In this document: piece by piece, positions 9,337 to 18,653 of the stretch
How positions within the stretch are numbered: the first letter of the stretch is position 1
Layout: each line of letters starts with the position of its first letter
Translations under genes and position numbers: made by a program
Assembly (NCBI GenBank): GCA_049322215.1
Contig: JBMORU010000001.1
Span: 900,023 to 964,022, forward strand
Source: Patescibacteria group bacterium
Lineage (GTDB): Bacteria; Patescibacteriota; WWE3; UBA101185; UBA10185
DNA: 64,000 nt
Reading direction: 5' to 3'
The notes under the pieces: generated by a model
Database searches by the model: none
Told to the model about the DNA's origin: nothing
What the model saw: only the letters and a program-made list of their open reading frames with translations

Positions 9337-10239
9337 ATGGAAATACCACCCAACCTTAAAACACTTTATAAACACTGGAATAAGCACACAGCCCAAACAT
9401 TACCTAAAACCAACCTTAAACTACCCACAGAACTAACATGGTTTATGGCAGAACGCATGAAAATTTGGGCTAAAAAAAACGCGGGCTTAAACCCACCTTA
9501 TACAGCTGACAAAACTCTACAAACATATAAATTTTGCAATATATACAGAGAACTAGACAGACAAACAATAGAAATACATAGCCATTTAAAAAATTTGCAA
9601 AGTGATTTTTCCCTTTGGTTGCTAAATATCGCATTTCACAGATTTGTGTGCAACCCAAATACAGTTAAAAACGTAGGTCTTTTGAATTATGACTCGCAAA
9701 ATAATAGGGAAGTATATGAAAAGTTACTTAACTTACCTAAACCTAAATATGGTGTTCCTTATGTTTTTCCTATAAGCGTAATTCAAAAATCAAGCTATGA
9801 AACACGCGAAAAGTTTTTTTGCCACTATTTACCTAAGAGAATTCCCACAGTAGCTAAAACAGTACAAAACTTTAATAACACAACTGTTAACAGTGCATTA
9901 GCGCAAATATTGCCTGCGTTTGGTTTCAACTTTAAATTCCACTGGACTGAAATATTAATCGATATCGCTTATCAGTTTCCTAATTTGATTAACTTATATG
10001 AAGATTTTTATATAGGCCCAGGAGCGATTCCTACAGCTAAATTAATTAACCCAAATCAAAATCCAAAAATACTTATAAATATCTGTATAGGAACTAAACC
10101 GGAGAATTTTCCATATTTAACTTTTAACAGCAACCCGGTTTTACTATCTGCAGAAAACTGGGAAGGAATATTTTGCGAATATAGAAAATATACAAACCTA
10201 AAAAAAGGGCAGGGAAGAGTTAGAAGATTTAATCCCTAA
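9337..10239 (+). CDS. Hypothetical protein (300 aa)
   Basis: ORF track. No recognised motif. Confidence 0.35.
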   Translation: MEIPPNLKTLYKHWNKHTAQTLPKTNLKLPTELTWFMAERMKIWAKKNAGLNPPYTADKTLQTYKFCNIYRELDRQTIEIHSHLKNLQSDFSLWLLNIAFHRFVCNPNTVKNVGLLNYDSQNNREVYEKLLNLPKPKYGVPYVFPISVIQKSSYETREKFFCHYLPKRIPTVAKTVQNFNNTTVNSALAQILPAFGFNFKFHWTEILIDIAYQFPNLINLYEDFYIGPGAIPTAKLINPNQNPKILINICIGTKPENFPYLTFNSNPVLLSAENWEGIFCEYRKYTNLKKGQGRVRRFNP

Positions 10240-10257
10240 ACCCATACTCAAAAGGCT

Positions 10258-12531
10258 TTATAACTTAGTAGACTTTAACCTTAATGCATTCATAACAACC
10301 GATATGCTTGAAAATGCCATGGCACCACTAGCTAACATTGGGTTTAATAATATGCCTAAAATAGGGTATAAAGCCCCCATAGCAACAGGAATTAAAATAA
10401 TATTGTACCCAAACGCCCAACCTAGATTTTGTTTTATATTCCTCATAGTTGCTTTAGAAAGTTTAATAGCTTTTGGTACCAAAGAAATATCTCCTCGCAA
10501 TAGTGTTATGCCCGCCGATTCTATTGCTACATCAGTACCACTTCCCATGGCAACGCCTATGTCTGCAGTAGCCAAGGCAGGGGCATCGTTAATGCCATCG
10601 CCAACCATAGCAACCACACTTTTTGTATTTCGTGTTTGCAATTCTTTAACCTTTGCAGCCTTATCTTCAGGGAAAACCTCTGCGAATACTTCATCAATAC
10701 CTAACTCTTTAGCTATTGCTTCTGCTGTTACTTTATTATCTCCAGTTATCATTACTGACGTAATTCCCATATCTTTAAGCACTTGAATTGTTTCCTTGGA
10801 AGATTTTTTAATTGAATCTGAAATACCAAGAAGCGCTACATTTTTTTTATCTACACTTACAAAAGAAACTGTTTGTGCTTTCTTACGAAGGCCTTCTGAT
10901 AAATTTGTTAAATCAGCACACTTCATTACCCCCTGTTGATCCATTAGTTTTTGTGTGCCTATTAGTACTTCATGACCATTTACATAAGCTTTTACACCAA
11001 GGCCAGACATGTCTTCAAAGCGTTCCGCCTCATAAACTTTATTGTTCTTTAAGTGGTTTACAACAGCTTCTGCTAAAGGATGATGTGATTTCTTTTCAAT
11101 TGAAAGAATTAACGAAGATATGTAAGCTTTTATATCAATCTCTTCAGGAATTTCCCAATTCAAACTACTTACAACCTCCTCAAGATTATTCATAAACGCA
11201 AATGTCTGCACCTCGGGTTCACCTTTTGTTAAAGTTCCTGTTTTATCGAAAACTACATAATTCACTTTATTTGCTACTTCCAAGCTCTCAGCATTTTTTA
11301 TCAATATACCGTTTTGAGCACCCTTACCAGTACCCACCATAATAGAGGTAGGGGTAGCAAGTCCTAAAGCGCAGGGACACGCAATAATTAATACGGCAAT
11401 AAGGTTAACCAAAGCTAAAATAAACGAAGGTTGAGGTCCAAAATTAAACCATATTAAGAACGTAACAATTGCAAGCATTAAAACTACAGGAACAAAATAA
11501 GAAGATACTGTATCTGCCAACTTTTGTATTGGTGCGCGAGATCCTTGCGCCTGTTTTACCATTTCGATTATTTGAGATAGCATTGTTTCGCTCCCAACTT
11601 TTGTTGCTTTCATTTCAAAAGAGCCACTTTTATTTATAGTCGCACCTATAACTGTATTTTCTACTACTTTTCTAACCGGCATACTTTCGCCAGTAACCAT
11701 GCTTTCATCTACAGCGGATTCTCCTTTAGTTATTACACCATCTACAGGAATTTTTTCTCCAGGTTTAACAATTAATATATCTCCAACAACGATTTGGTCT
11801 ACGGGAATTTCTAGCTCTTCCCCATCTCTTAATACTCGTGCTGTTTTAGCCTGCAAGCCAAGTAGTTTTTTAATTGCTTCCGAGGTTTGCCCTTTTGCCC
11901 TCATTTCCAAAAACTTACCAAGCAAAATCAAGGTAATAATAGTTGCGGAAGTTTCAAAATATACATGTGGTTCTATTCCAAAGTTTAAAAGTTGTGTCTC
12001 AAACAAAACCACAATTACAGAATAAAAATAGGCGACAGAAGTACCAATTGCAATCAAGGTATCCATGTTTGCTGTACGATTTTTAAGACCAGACCATGTA
12101 CTTTTGTAATACTGAGCTCCTACCCAAAATTGCACGGGTGTAGATAAAATCCACATTATCCAATAGTTTTTTAATATAGCAGGAGCAAATGGAATCATTG
12201 CACCAAAAAGCAAGAAGAATGTAAAAAAGCTACTCCAAACAAGTTTTGTTTTTACCTCCTTTACTTCTTTTGCCTTTTCTTTTTCGACTAAATCTTCTTG
12301 AGATTCGTTTTCCTGTCCAATTACTGCTTTGTAGCCCACATCCTCAACTGCTTTTGCAAAATCTTCTGTTTTGCAACTATCCTCATGCTCTACAGTTGCT
12401 TGTTCATTTGCATAATTCACGTGGGCAGATTTAACTCCGGGCAAATTTTCTAGACTCCTGCCAACATTTATTGCACAACTTGCACAATGCATACCTGAAA
12501 CATGAAATGTTGTTTTTTTAATATTACTCAT
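10258..12531 (-). CDS. copA: Copper-translocating P1B-type ATPase
   Basis: An N-terminal HMA domain carries GMHCASCA. The TM metal site CPC ([10 protein letters not shown]) is present. The phosphorylation motif DKTGTLT and the hinge GDGINDAP are present. The start is set at MSNIKK, which has an AGGAG RBS and an ATGA overlap with the upstream gene. Confidence 0.9.
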   Translation of the reverse strand: MSNIKKTTFHVSGMHCASCAINVGRSLENLPGVKSAHVNYANEQATVEHEDSCKTEDFAKAVEDVGYKAVIGQENESQEDLVEKEKAKEVKEVKTKLVWSSFFTFFLLFGAMIPFAPAILKNYWIMWILSTPVQFWVGAQYYKSTWSGLKNRTANMDTLIAIGTSVAYFYSVIVVLFETQLLNFGIEPHVYFETSATIITLILLGKFLEMRAKGQTSEAIKKLLGLQAKTARVLRDGEELEIPVDQIVVGDILIVKPGEKIPVDGVITKGESAVDESMVTGESMPVRKVVENTVIGATINKSGSFEMKATKVGSETMLSQIIEMVKQAQGSRAPIQKLADTVSSYFVPVVLMLAIVTFLIWFNFGPQPSFILALVNLIAVLIIACPCALGLATPTSIMVGTGKGAQNGILIKNAESLEVANKVNYVVFDKTGTLTKGEPEVQTFAFMNNLEEVVSSLNWEIPEEIDIKAYISSLILSIEKKSHHPLAEAVVNHLKNNKVYEAERFEDMSGLGVKAYVNGHEVLIGTQKLMDQQGVMKCADLTNLSEGLRKKAQTVSFVSVDKKNVALLGISDSIKKSSKETIQVLKDMGITSVMITGDNKVTAEAIAKELGIDEVFAEVFPEDKAAKVKELQTRNTKSVVAMVGDGINDAPALATADIGVAMGSGTDVAIESAGITLLRGDISLVPKAIKLSKATMRNIKQNLGWAFGYNIILIPVAMGALYPILGILLNPMLASGAMAFSSISVVMNALRLKSTKL

Positions 12532-12899
12532 AAATCTGCTCCTGACTCTACAACCTTTATTTTTCCGTGAAACATGTTCATTCCACATGAAATTTCATAT
12601 TCTCCAACTTCTGCAGGGTTAATTACGATATTAGTAGTTTTGTTTAGTCCCAAGTGCTCTCTAATATTAAAATCTGGAATTACAACTTCGTCTAAACAAG
12701 AACTTGCATCTTTTCTATAAAATTTTAAGGTTACTGGCTTACCTTTTTTGACTTTGATTACATTTGGTTTATAGCCACCTTCTACAGTAATAGTTATCTC
12801 GTTTGTAACTTCTACGGCTTTGCTTTCTTTTTTCATAAAAAAGAACCAGTAAGTAAAAATTATTAATAGTATTCCTAATAAATTAATTAGTATTGTCAT
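12528..12899 (-). CDS. Cupredoxin-like small copper-binding protein (membrane-anchored)
   Basis: 123 aa with an N-terminal TM. The C-terminal motif [16 protein letters not shown] carries Cys/His/Met ligands, as in cupredoxin-fold domains. Its stop overlaps the copA start. Confidence 0.5.
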   Translation of the reverse strand: MTILINLLGILLIIFTYWFFFMKKESKAVEVTNEITITVEGGYKPNVIKVKKGKPVTLKFYRKDASSCLDEVVIPDFNIREHLGLNKTTNIVINPAEVGEYEISCGMNMFHGKIKVVESGADL

Positions 12900-13034
12900 G
12901 TTTTATTTCCTTAATAACTTTCTTTAAGAGGACACACTCCTAATATTGCAAAATTGTTATAGTTCATATTAAGTTTAGCTTTTATAATCGGTTTTGTCGT
13001 TTTTGAAATACTGTAGTTATTCATAAATTTCAAC

Positions 13035-13472
13035 TTATAGTGCCCACTCGAATTTAAGAACTTCACCTTCTATTTCAGTTATAGTGAGAAAAATTGTCGT
13101 TGCTTGTGGATTCATTGTAGAAAATTGAAGTTCTCCACTTAAGTGATGTCCTCCGCGATCACCACTCCAAGACACCGGTTGATATTCATTTCCCTCATTG
13201 TCCGTTAAAGTAATTATTTTCTTCAGGTCAAAATCTAATTCTACAGAATGAGTATTGAGAGTAATCTCAAAATTGGAAGTACTTAGTGGGGTAACTTGAA
13301 CGTTTACAGCACCCATTGTTCCACTTTTAGAATCAAGAGGGTTTGTGTCAGATACGGATGTTGTAGGTTTTTCTGCTTTTGGGTTTGAAATAAATACCCA
13401 ACCTAAAAACACTAATAGTAATATTGTTATTGGAATAATAAACTTTTCAAATTTTTTCATAATTAGCTCCAT
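13035..13472 (-). CDS. Secreted hypothetical protein in the copper operon
   Basis: 145 aa with an N-terminal TM or signal. Predicted beta-rich. A GGHH motif is present. Confidence 0.35.
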   Translation of the reverse strand: MELIMKKFEKFIIPITILLLVFLGWVFISNPKAEKPTTSVSDTNPLDSKSGTMGAVNVQVTPLSTSNFEITLNTHSVELDFDLKKIITLTDNEGNEYQPVSWSGDRGGHHLSGELQFSTMNPQATTIFLTITEIEGEVLKFEWAL

Positions 13473-13944
13473 ATAAGTGTTTGAGCATAAAACCTATCCC
13501 AAACAAATTAAAAACTATACCCACAGCAAAAAGTTCTTTTGTGTAAGCTCCTAAAAAAGATGCGAGCGCAGAGGCACCTAAGATAGGTAAAACATCTACT
13601 GCATGATGCGCACAACAAGCAACCATTGTTGCAGTACTGGTGGCACCGGTAACTTTAGATACTTTATTAGTTTGCATTGTTTCCATGTGTTTAATTTGCA
13701 ATAACTTAGATAATGCAAGCTGCATTCCGAAACCTAAAGAAAGTGCCAATATCCAAGGACGGTAATAATTAAACTGAGAAATTGCAGTTTCCATACTACC
13801 TGTAGTGATTCGCATTAAAATGAGATATATGGCAAGTAAAAAGGTAGTTCCAAATACAAAATATGTAATTAGTTTAAAGAGCTTATTAGTGTTTTCCACA
13901 ACAATCTCCATTTTCTTCTTTGTTTTCCAACTCTTTAGTTTCAA
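13447..13944 (-). CDS. Small polytopic membrane protein with a CC..HH motif
   Basis: The segment TATMVACCAHHAVDV lies in a TM or loop region. The gene overlaps both neighbours. Confidence 0.35.
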   Translation of the reverse strand: MKLKSWKTKKKMEIVVENTNKLFKLITYFVFGTTFLLAIYLILMRITTGSMETAISQFNYYRPWILALSLGFGMQLALSKLLQIKHMETMQTNKVSKVTGATSTATMVACCAHHAVDVLPILGASALASFLGAYTKELFAVGIVFNLFGIGFMLKHLYGANYEKI

Positions 13945-14812
13945 CCTCTACTGTAGTATTTGTATCTCTTGTAGATAGAGCATGTTTAATAATTACAGTC
14001 AAAAATAAAACAATAGCCACAAGAAATATTGCATTAGCACCGGGAACAGAATTTAGCTTTAGTGCTAAACTATTTATATTCTCAGAAAAGCCCTGCGCCA
14101 TTTCTGCCATCGAAAAATCGGTTGCAAGGGCTAAATACACAATTACAAATCCCATTATTGTAAAAATGAAAAACGATATTACATTTCCCATTATTATTGG
14201 ATAGGTTTTAGAAAGTATTTTTATTTCACTCAATTTTCTCTTAAAAAACTTCATACCTAAAACTTTTTTCGTATCTAAAAAGTATGCGCCTATATACAGG
14301 GGAGTAACCATTCCCAAAACATACACAAAACCTATAAGCAATGCTTGCCACAAACTAGGGGACATAATGCTAAGGGTCAAAACTCCAACCAGTACAGGGG
14401 CACAACATGCGCTAGTTATACCTGAGAAAACACCTAAAGTGAAAATAGAAACAACATCCGTACCTTGTTTGCCCGACTGGTTAATATGTGGCATTGGAAG
14501 TTTAAGTCCTAATAAAGAGGCCAATCCAACCAGAATCATAAAAGTACCACCAAGCAAATAAATTTGTTCATGATACCTAAAAACTGCAAGAGAAATTAGT
14601 TTTGAGCCCAAAACTGCAGGAATCATTACAACAAATATGCCTAAGGAATAAACTAGCGTCATGAGTAAAACTCTTTTTCGCTCCTTAAAGACTGAGCCTA
14701 AATATGCAGGAAGCAAATACGACACACAGCATGGGGCAAATAAGGCTACCATTCCTGCCAAAAACGCTGCAATTATTGACGTTTGAAAAAGTATTGCTTC
14801 ATTCATAATCAA
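13886..14812 (-). CDS. CcdA/DsbD-like transmembrane thiol-disulfide or metal transfer protein
   Basis: Polytopic. Paired cysteines sit in TM segments at FAPCCVSYLLPAYLG and TSACCAPVLVG, reminiscent of the DsbD/CcdA SPCxxP core. The C-terminus ends in the tail GDCCGKH. Confidence 0.4.
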   Translation of the reverse strand: MIMNEAILFQTSIIAAFLAGMVALFAPCCVSYLLPAYLGSVFKERKRVLLMTLVYSLGIFVVMIPAVLGSKLISLAVFRYHEQIYLLGGTFMILVGLASLLGLKLPMPHINQSGKQGTDVVSIFTLGVFSGITSACCAPVLVGVLTLSIMSPSLWQALLIGFVYVLGMVTPLYIGAYFLDTKKVLGMKFFKRKLSEIKILSKTYPIIMGNVISFFIFTIMGFVIVYLALATDFSMAEMAQGFSENINSLALKLNSVPGANAIFLVAIVLFLTVIIKHALSTRDTNTTVEVETKELENKEENGDCCGKH

Positions 14813-15828
14813 ACTCCGCAGCCGCCACCACCACCTGAACCTTGTACTGGTTTAACCTTTGCAAGCACTGATCTATATCCTGAACCGCTAGAAAACTCTG
14901 CACCTAAAACTTCTTTAGCTACTACAGCAGCCCATTCAAGGTTTCTTTCATCTTCCATATACTTTGCAATTGTTAAGTACGTATCGGGAAACCAAATAGA
15001 ATTTACCGCAAGAGCACTGTTGTAAATTTCATCTTCGGAGTACCCTTTAGCAACCATCATTTCTATTAGACCAAGCATAGCCATACCATGATTACAGTCT
15101 GCAAATGCCGTATGATTATTACAACAAGGTCTATATATGTTTGATGCTATTTGCTTAATCAAAACTTGTTGTTCGGGAGATAAATTAAACAAATTATGTT
15201 TACCATAGTGATCCATTGCACTACCTTGAGCTAAATTCCAACCTCCTGTAGCTGCAAGATTTTCCACTTGAGGATATTCTGAACGCATATCTTCTAGAAC
15301 TAAACTTTGTTGAGCCAAACCCAATGCCCATAGAGCATTTAACACAAATCTTGAATTCTCCCTAGTTAAAACAATGGCTTCATCGTAATTAGTTGTCAAA
15401 ATCTTAGTGTAGTCCGCATTTGCTTTGCTTAAAGGGCCACCTCTAAATAAACTTAAAAATTTTTGCTGGTCTATTACGCCTACGCTAACTAGCTTTGTAC
15501 CAACATCACCCCACTTAACAGGTAACACCACACCCCCCTCGGGAAGTACTGCAACCTCTAGCCTTTGTGCTTGTTTTTCTGGTGTATTTTCTAACTCCTC
15601 ATTTAATTTTTCCTTATAGGCAATAAGCGCATTTACTTGAGATCTATAAAAGTAATATTGAATAATCGCAACACCTAGTGTGGAGTTAAATGTTATTAAT
15701 AAAACAAGAGACATGGGGACACTCTTTTTCAAAAAGCTTTTCATTGAGGTGTTAAAACGTCTAGGCTTTGAAAAGTCACCGGAGTTCGAAGTTTCTAGTA
15801 CTTTTTCTTTCATAAAACTATCTTTCAA
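14809..15828 (-). CDS. Membrane-anchored Cys-containing hypothetical protein with a Gly-Cys C-terminal tail
   Basis: 339 aa. It contains RPCCNNHTAFADCNHG. The C-terminus reads GSGGGGGCGV. An ATGA overlap joins it to the downstream gene. Confidence 0.35.
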   Translation of the reverse strand: MKDSFMKEKVLETSNSGDFSKPRRFNTSMKSFLKKSVPMSLVLLITFNSTLGVAIIQYYFYRSQVNALIAYKEKLNEELENTPEKQAQRLEVAVLPEGGVVLPVKWGDVGTKLVSVGVIDQQKFLSLFRGGPLSKANADYTKILTTNYDEAIVLTRENSRFVLNALWALGLAQQSLVLEDMRSEYPQVENLAATGGWNLAQGSAMDHYGKHNLFNLSPEQQVLIKQIASNIYRPCCNNHTAFADCNHGMAMLGLIEMMVAKGYSEDEIYNSALAVNSIWFPDTYLTIAKYMEDERNLEWAAVVAKEVLGAEFSSGSGYRSVLAKVKPVQGSGGGGGCGV

Positions 15829-15829
15829 A

Positions 15830-16342
15830 TTAATCTACTTCTTTGCTAACTACGTTTCCTGTGAGCCTAAACTCAACCGTACGATTACTTGGATCATTGG
15901 TATCAAATGAAACTAAACGAGTAATTGGCCCGGTGCCTTGAGGTCCATGAAACAGGGGATCAAATACAACCTTTACTTCGGCAGTGGAATCTGGCGCTAA
16001 TGTGCCTTTCCAACTAGATGTAGCATGCATACCAAAAGCAGGACTTTGTACTCCAGCAATAGTTACTTGAGCTTCTGTACACATACAAGAGGTCTTGAAA
16101 TTCGATATATCAAGGTTTGAAGTACCAGCATTCTTAATTAGAAAAGTCTTTTCTACATTGCCGCCCTCAATGTCTATTTCACCCCAATCGTGCAACTTGG
16201 CACCTAACACCTCAACTTTTGCGTCCCCACTGCTTTCTAAAACCGGAGGCTGTGTTTTAGTTGCAAAAATAGTGCCTAAAATTAATATAAAAACTGTAGA
16301 AATACCTATTAAGCTTATTAAGATTTTGTTTTCCTTAGTCAT
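15830..16342 (-). CDS. DUF1573-like secreted or membrane-anchored protein (paralog A)
   Basis: HDWGEI...KTFLIKNAGTSNLDISNFKTSCMCTEAQV fits the DUF1573 pattern of a beta-sandwich with a CxC motif. A second conserved block reads FDPLFHGPQGTG. Confidence 0.5.
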   Translation of the reverse strand: MTKENKILISLIGISTVFILILGTIFATKTQPPVLESSGDAKVEVLGAKLHDWGEIDIEGGNVEKTFLIKNAGTSNLDISNFKTSCMCTEAQVTIAGVQSPAFGMHATSSWKGTLAPDSTAEVKVVFDPLFHGPQGTGPITRLVSFDTNDPSNRTVEFRLTGNVVSKEVD

Positions 16343-16359
16343 TTAGCAAACCTTTCTAC

Positions 16360-16848
16360 TCAATCTAAAATTTTTACATAAATATCAAATTGCATTTCTG
16401 GTGAATTAGCATCATTAGTTTTCACAAATACCGAACGTGTTAGCTCACCTTGAGGTTCTTCATGAAAGTTTGGATCAAAATAAACTGTTAGTTGAGCCTT
16501 TTCATTAAACCCGAGTATTGTTTTATCTACTTCTGCAGACGTACACCCACAAGATGTAGAAATATCACCAATCTCTAGTTGTTCTTTACCGTGGTTTTCA
16601 ATTTCAAAAGTGGTACTAACAACACCGTCATTTCTAGATATAGAACCAAAATCATGCGTATTATTATGTGTTTCTGCTAAGGGTTTATTGTAATTAATTT
16701 CACTGTGATGAACTCCCATCATTCCTACACCCATATAGTTATTAAACCTGTTTATGCCTAGTAAATAAGATAGAGTGGCAACATTCATTAAAACTAGAAT
16801 TGCAATTACTCCATAAAGTACTTTTTTCTCCGTCATATCCGTTTGCAT
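16360..16848 (-). CDS. DUF1573-like secreted or membrane-anchored protein (paralog B)
   Basis: HDFGSISRNDGVVSTTFEIENHGKEQLEIGDISTSCGCTSAEV, with a second block YFDPNFHEEPQGE. It is clearly paralogous to 15830..16342. Confidence 0.5.
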   Translation of the reverse strand: MQTDMTEKKVLYGVIAILVLMNVATLSYLLGINRFNNYMGVGMMGVHHSEINYNKPLAETHNNTHDFGSISRNDGVVSTTFEIENHGKEQLEIGDISTSCGCTSAEVDKTILGFNEKAQLTVYFDPNFHEEPQGELTRSVFVKTNDANSPEMQFDIYVKILD

Positions 16849-17115
16849 TTAATTCTTTCTATAAAGAGAATAAATTTTCACTAATTCATCTATAGCTTTA
16901 TCTTCTTCACCATTTTTCATTTGTTCGACCACACAACCGTTTATATGCTCTTCTAAAATTTGTTTGTCTATCTTTTGTAATGATTTTTGAATGGATAAAG
17001 ACTGGGTAAGTACATCTACACAGTATTTACCTTCTTCTATCATTTTTGAGAGACCCTCAATTTGACCAGCAATGATTTTTAATTTGTGTGAAGTTGATTT
17101 TCTATCGTATTCCAT
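16849..17115 (-). CDS. csoR: CsoR/RcnR-family metal-sensing transcriptional repressor
   Basis: 88 aa. IAGQIEGLSKMIEEGKYCVDVLTQ...EEHINGCVV carries the conserved Cys-His-Cys metal ligands of the CsoR family. It is the first gene of the operon. Confidence 0.8.
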   Translation of the reverse strand: MEYDRKSTSHKLKIIAGQIEGLSKMIEEGKYCVDVLTQSLSIQKSLQKIDKQILEEHINGCVVEQMKNGEEDKAIDELVKIYSLYRKN

Positions 17116-17121
17116 GTGATG

Positions 17122-17146
17122 AATACTACTCCCCCCTATTGGTATT
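17122..17146. promoter_or_regulatory. Candidate CsoR operator in the divergent promoter region
   Basis: AATACTACTCCCCCCTATTGGTATT has ATAC/GTAT arms flanking a C6 tract. It resembles B. subtilis CsoR operators of the form TACCC..GGGGGTA. It lies between csoR and the divergent HMA gene. Confidence 0.4.
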
Positions 17147-17228
17147 AGTCAAGTTCCTTAACAAAACAACGTTATCAAAATGCGAATTGAACTATATAAT
17201 TATTAAACTAACAAGTTAAAATTTAAAA

Positions 17229-18602
17229 ATGCAAAAAAAGGATAAAAAGAGCAATAAAACAAAAAAAAGATATTTTGTACAAGGCATGCACTGCAGTACC
17301 TGTGAAATACTTATTAAACAAGATATTGCAAATCTTCAGGGTATAAATAAAGCCACTGTTTCTTTAAGTAAGTCACATGTAGTTATTCATGCTAATGAAA
17401 CAACTAACATTCCTTCAAGAAACACTTTAAATAAGTTATTTAAAGAATTAGGTTACACTTTTCACGAACAAAAGCCCAAAGAACAAAAACTTAGTAGGGA
17501 AGAGTCTTTAAAAATTATAGGAATAGCACTACTATTTATCATCGCTTTTTACACACTAGAAAAATCCGGAATATTTATGAAATATTCTATAACTGCTCAA
17601 TCATCCTTAGGAGCATACTTTGTTTTTGGATTAGCTGCCGGAATTTCAAGCTGCGCAGCACTTGTTGGGGGGATTTTACTGTCACTTTCGAAAAACTGGA
17701 ATAATATGTATGCAAACAATAAAAGAAAGAGTGTTCTACCTTTTATTTACTTTAACTCATCAAGAATACTAACCTTTGCGCTACTTGGAGGAATATTAGG
17801 GTACCTTGGAAGCTTTTTACAATTATCTATAACATTAACCTCAATTTTAACTTTACTTATTGCATTACTAATGCTGGCATTAGGATTTCAAATGATTGGG
17901 ATTAAGTGGTTTAATAAGTTTAGTTTTAACTTTGTTGGAAACAATAAATACCTAAACAAAAACTCAGAACTAAACGGCAAATACATACCCTTAATAGTAG
18001 GCGCCTTAACTTTTTTTGTTCCATGTGGATTTACCTTAATTGCTCAAACTAACACATTAAATGCAGGTAGCTTTTACAAGGGTATGCTTCAATTAACTGC
18101 GTTTGCACTAGGAACCCTACCAATATTGGCATTGATTAGTTTTTCGAGTGTTAAATTTTACTCAAACCCGAAGTTTGCAAAAAAATTTAGTTTGTTCTCA
18201 GGCGTAATCATAGTGTTTTTTGCACTTTACACAATAAACTCACAGCTAAATGTATTAGGTTTAACAAGCCTTAACGATATTTCTTTTTCAAAAAGCGTAA
18301 CTAGCAAAAGCGACATACAAATAAATAATGCTAATTACCAGGTAATACAACTTGAAGCTATTGGGTTTGAATATTATCCAAAAGAAGTAACAATTCAGTC
18401 GGGAGTGAAAACGCAGTGGTCGATATACGATAATGGGTCAGTGGGTTGTGCTAAAGCAGTATATGCTAGGGGACTATACCCAGATGTCATTTACTTAAAA
18501 CCTGGCATGAACACTGTTGAATTTGTTGCGCCCAAACCAGGTACATATAAAATTTCTTGTTCAATGGGAATGGTACCTCCAGTAACTGTTAGGGTTATAT
18601 AG
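17229..18602 (+). CDS. HMA-domain / polytopic membrane / C-terminal cupredoxin-like fusion protein
   Basis: The N-terminal region reads GMHCSTCEILIK, a CxxC HMA domain. The middle has about 8 TM helices with TM cysteines at SSC and VPCGF. The C-terminus reads YKISCSMGMVPPVTV, homologous to the C-terminus of 12528..12899. Confidence 0.55.
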   Translation: MQKKDKKSNKTKKRYFVQGMHCSTCEILIKQDIANLQGINKATVSLSKSHVVIHANETTNIPSRNTLNKLFKELGYTFHEQKPKEQKLSREESLKIIGIALLFIIAFYTLEKSGIFMKYSITAQSSLGAYFVFGLAAGISSCAALVGGILLSLSKNWNNMYANNKRKSVLPFIYFNSSRILTFALLGGILGYLGSFLQLSITLTSILTLLIALLMLALGFQMIGIKWFNKFSFNFVGNNKYLNKNSELNGKYIPLIVGALTFFVPCGFTLIAQTNTLNAGSFYKGMLQLTAFALGTLPILALISFSSVKFYSNPKFAKKFSLFSGVIIVFFALYTINSQLNVLGLTSLNDISFSKSVTSKSDIQINNANYQVIQLEAIGFEYYPKEVTIQSGVKTQWSIYDNGSVGCAKAVYARGLYPDVIYLKPGMNTVEFVAPKPGTYKISCSMGMVPPVTVRVI

Positions 18603-18653
18603 TTAACGCCACGTACCCTCATAATAGTATGTGGTGTAATTAACTGCTAAAAT

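Noticed and set aside
8812-9396. Plus ORFs 8812..9030 and 9044..9256, and the long N-terminal extension of the minus ORF to 9396
   Set aside because: The minus-strand gene has a strong RBS at the internal Met (position 9240). The extension and the plus-strand ORFs lack translation signals.
10304-12434. Four plus-strand track ORFs (10304..10786, 10812..11195, 11699..12025, 12246..12434) inside copA
   Set aside because: They are antisense to a strongly supported P-type ATPase. They have no RBS and low-complexity translations, so they are shadow ORFs.
12900-13034. 135-bp gap inside the copper operon as a possible second CsoR site
   Set aside because: There is no C/G-tract pseudo-palindrome comparable to the 17122..17146 motif. 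It may still hold an internal promoter, but nothing specific is visible.
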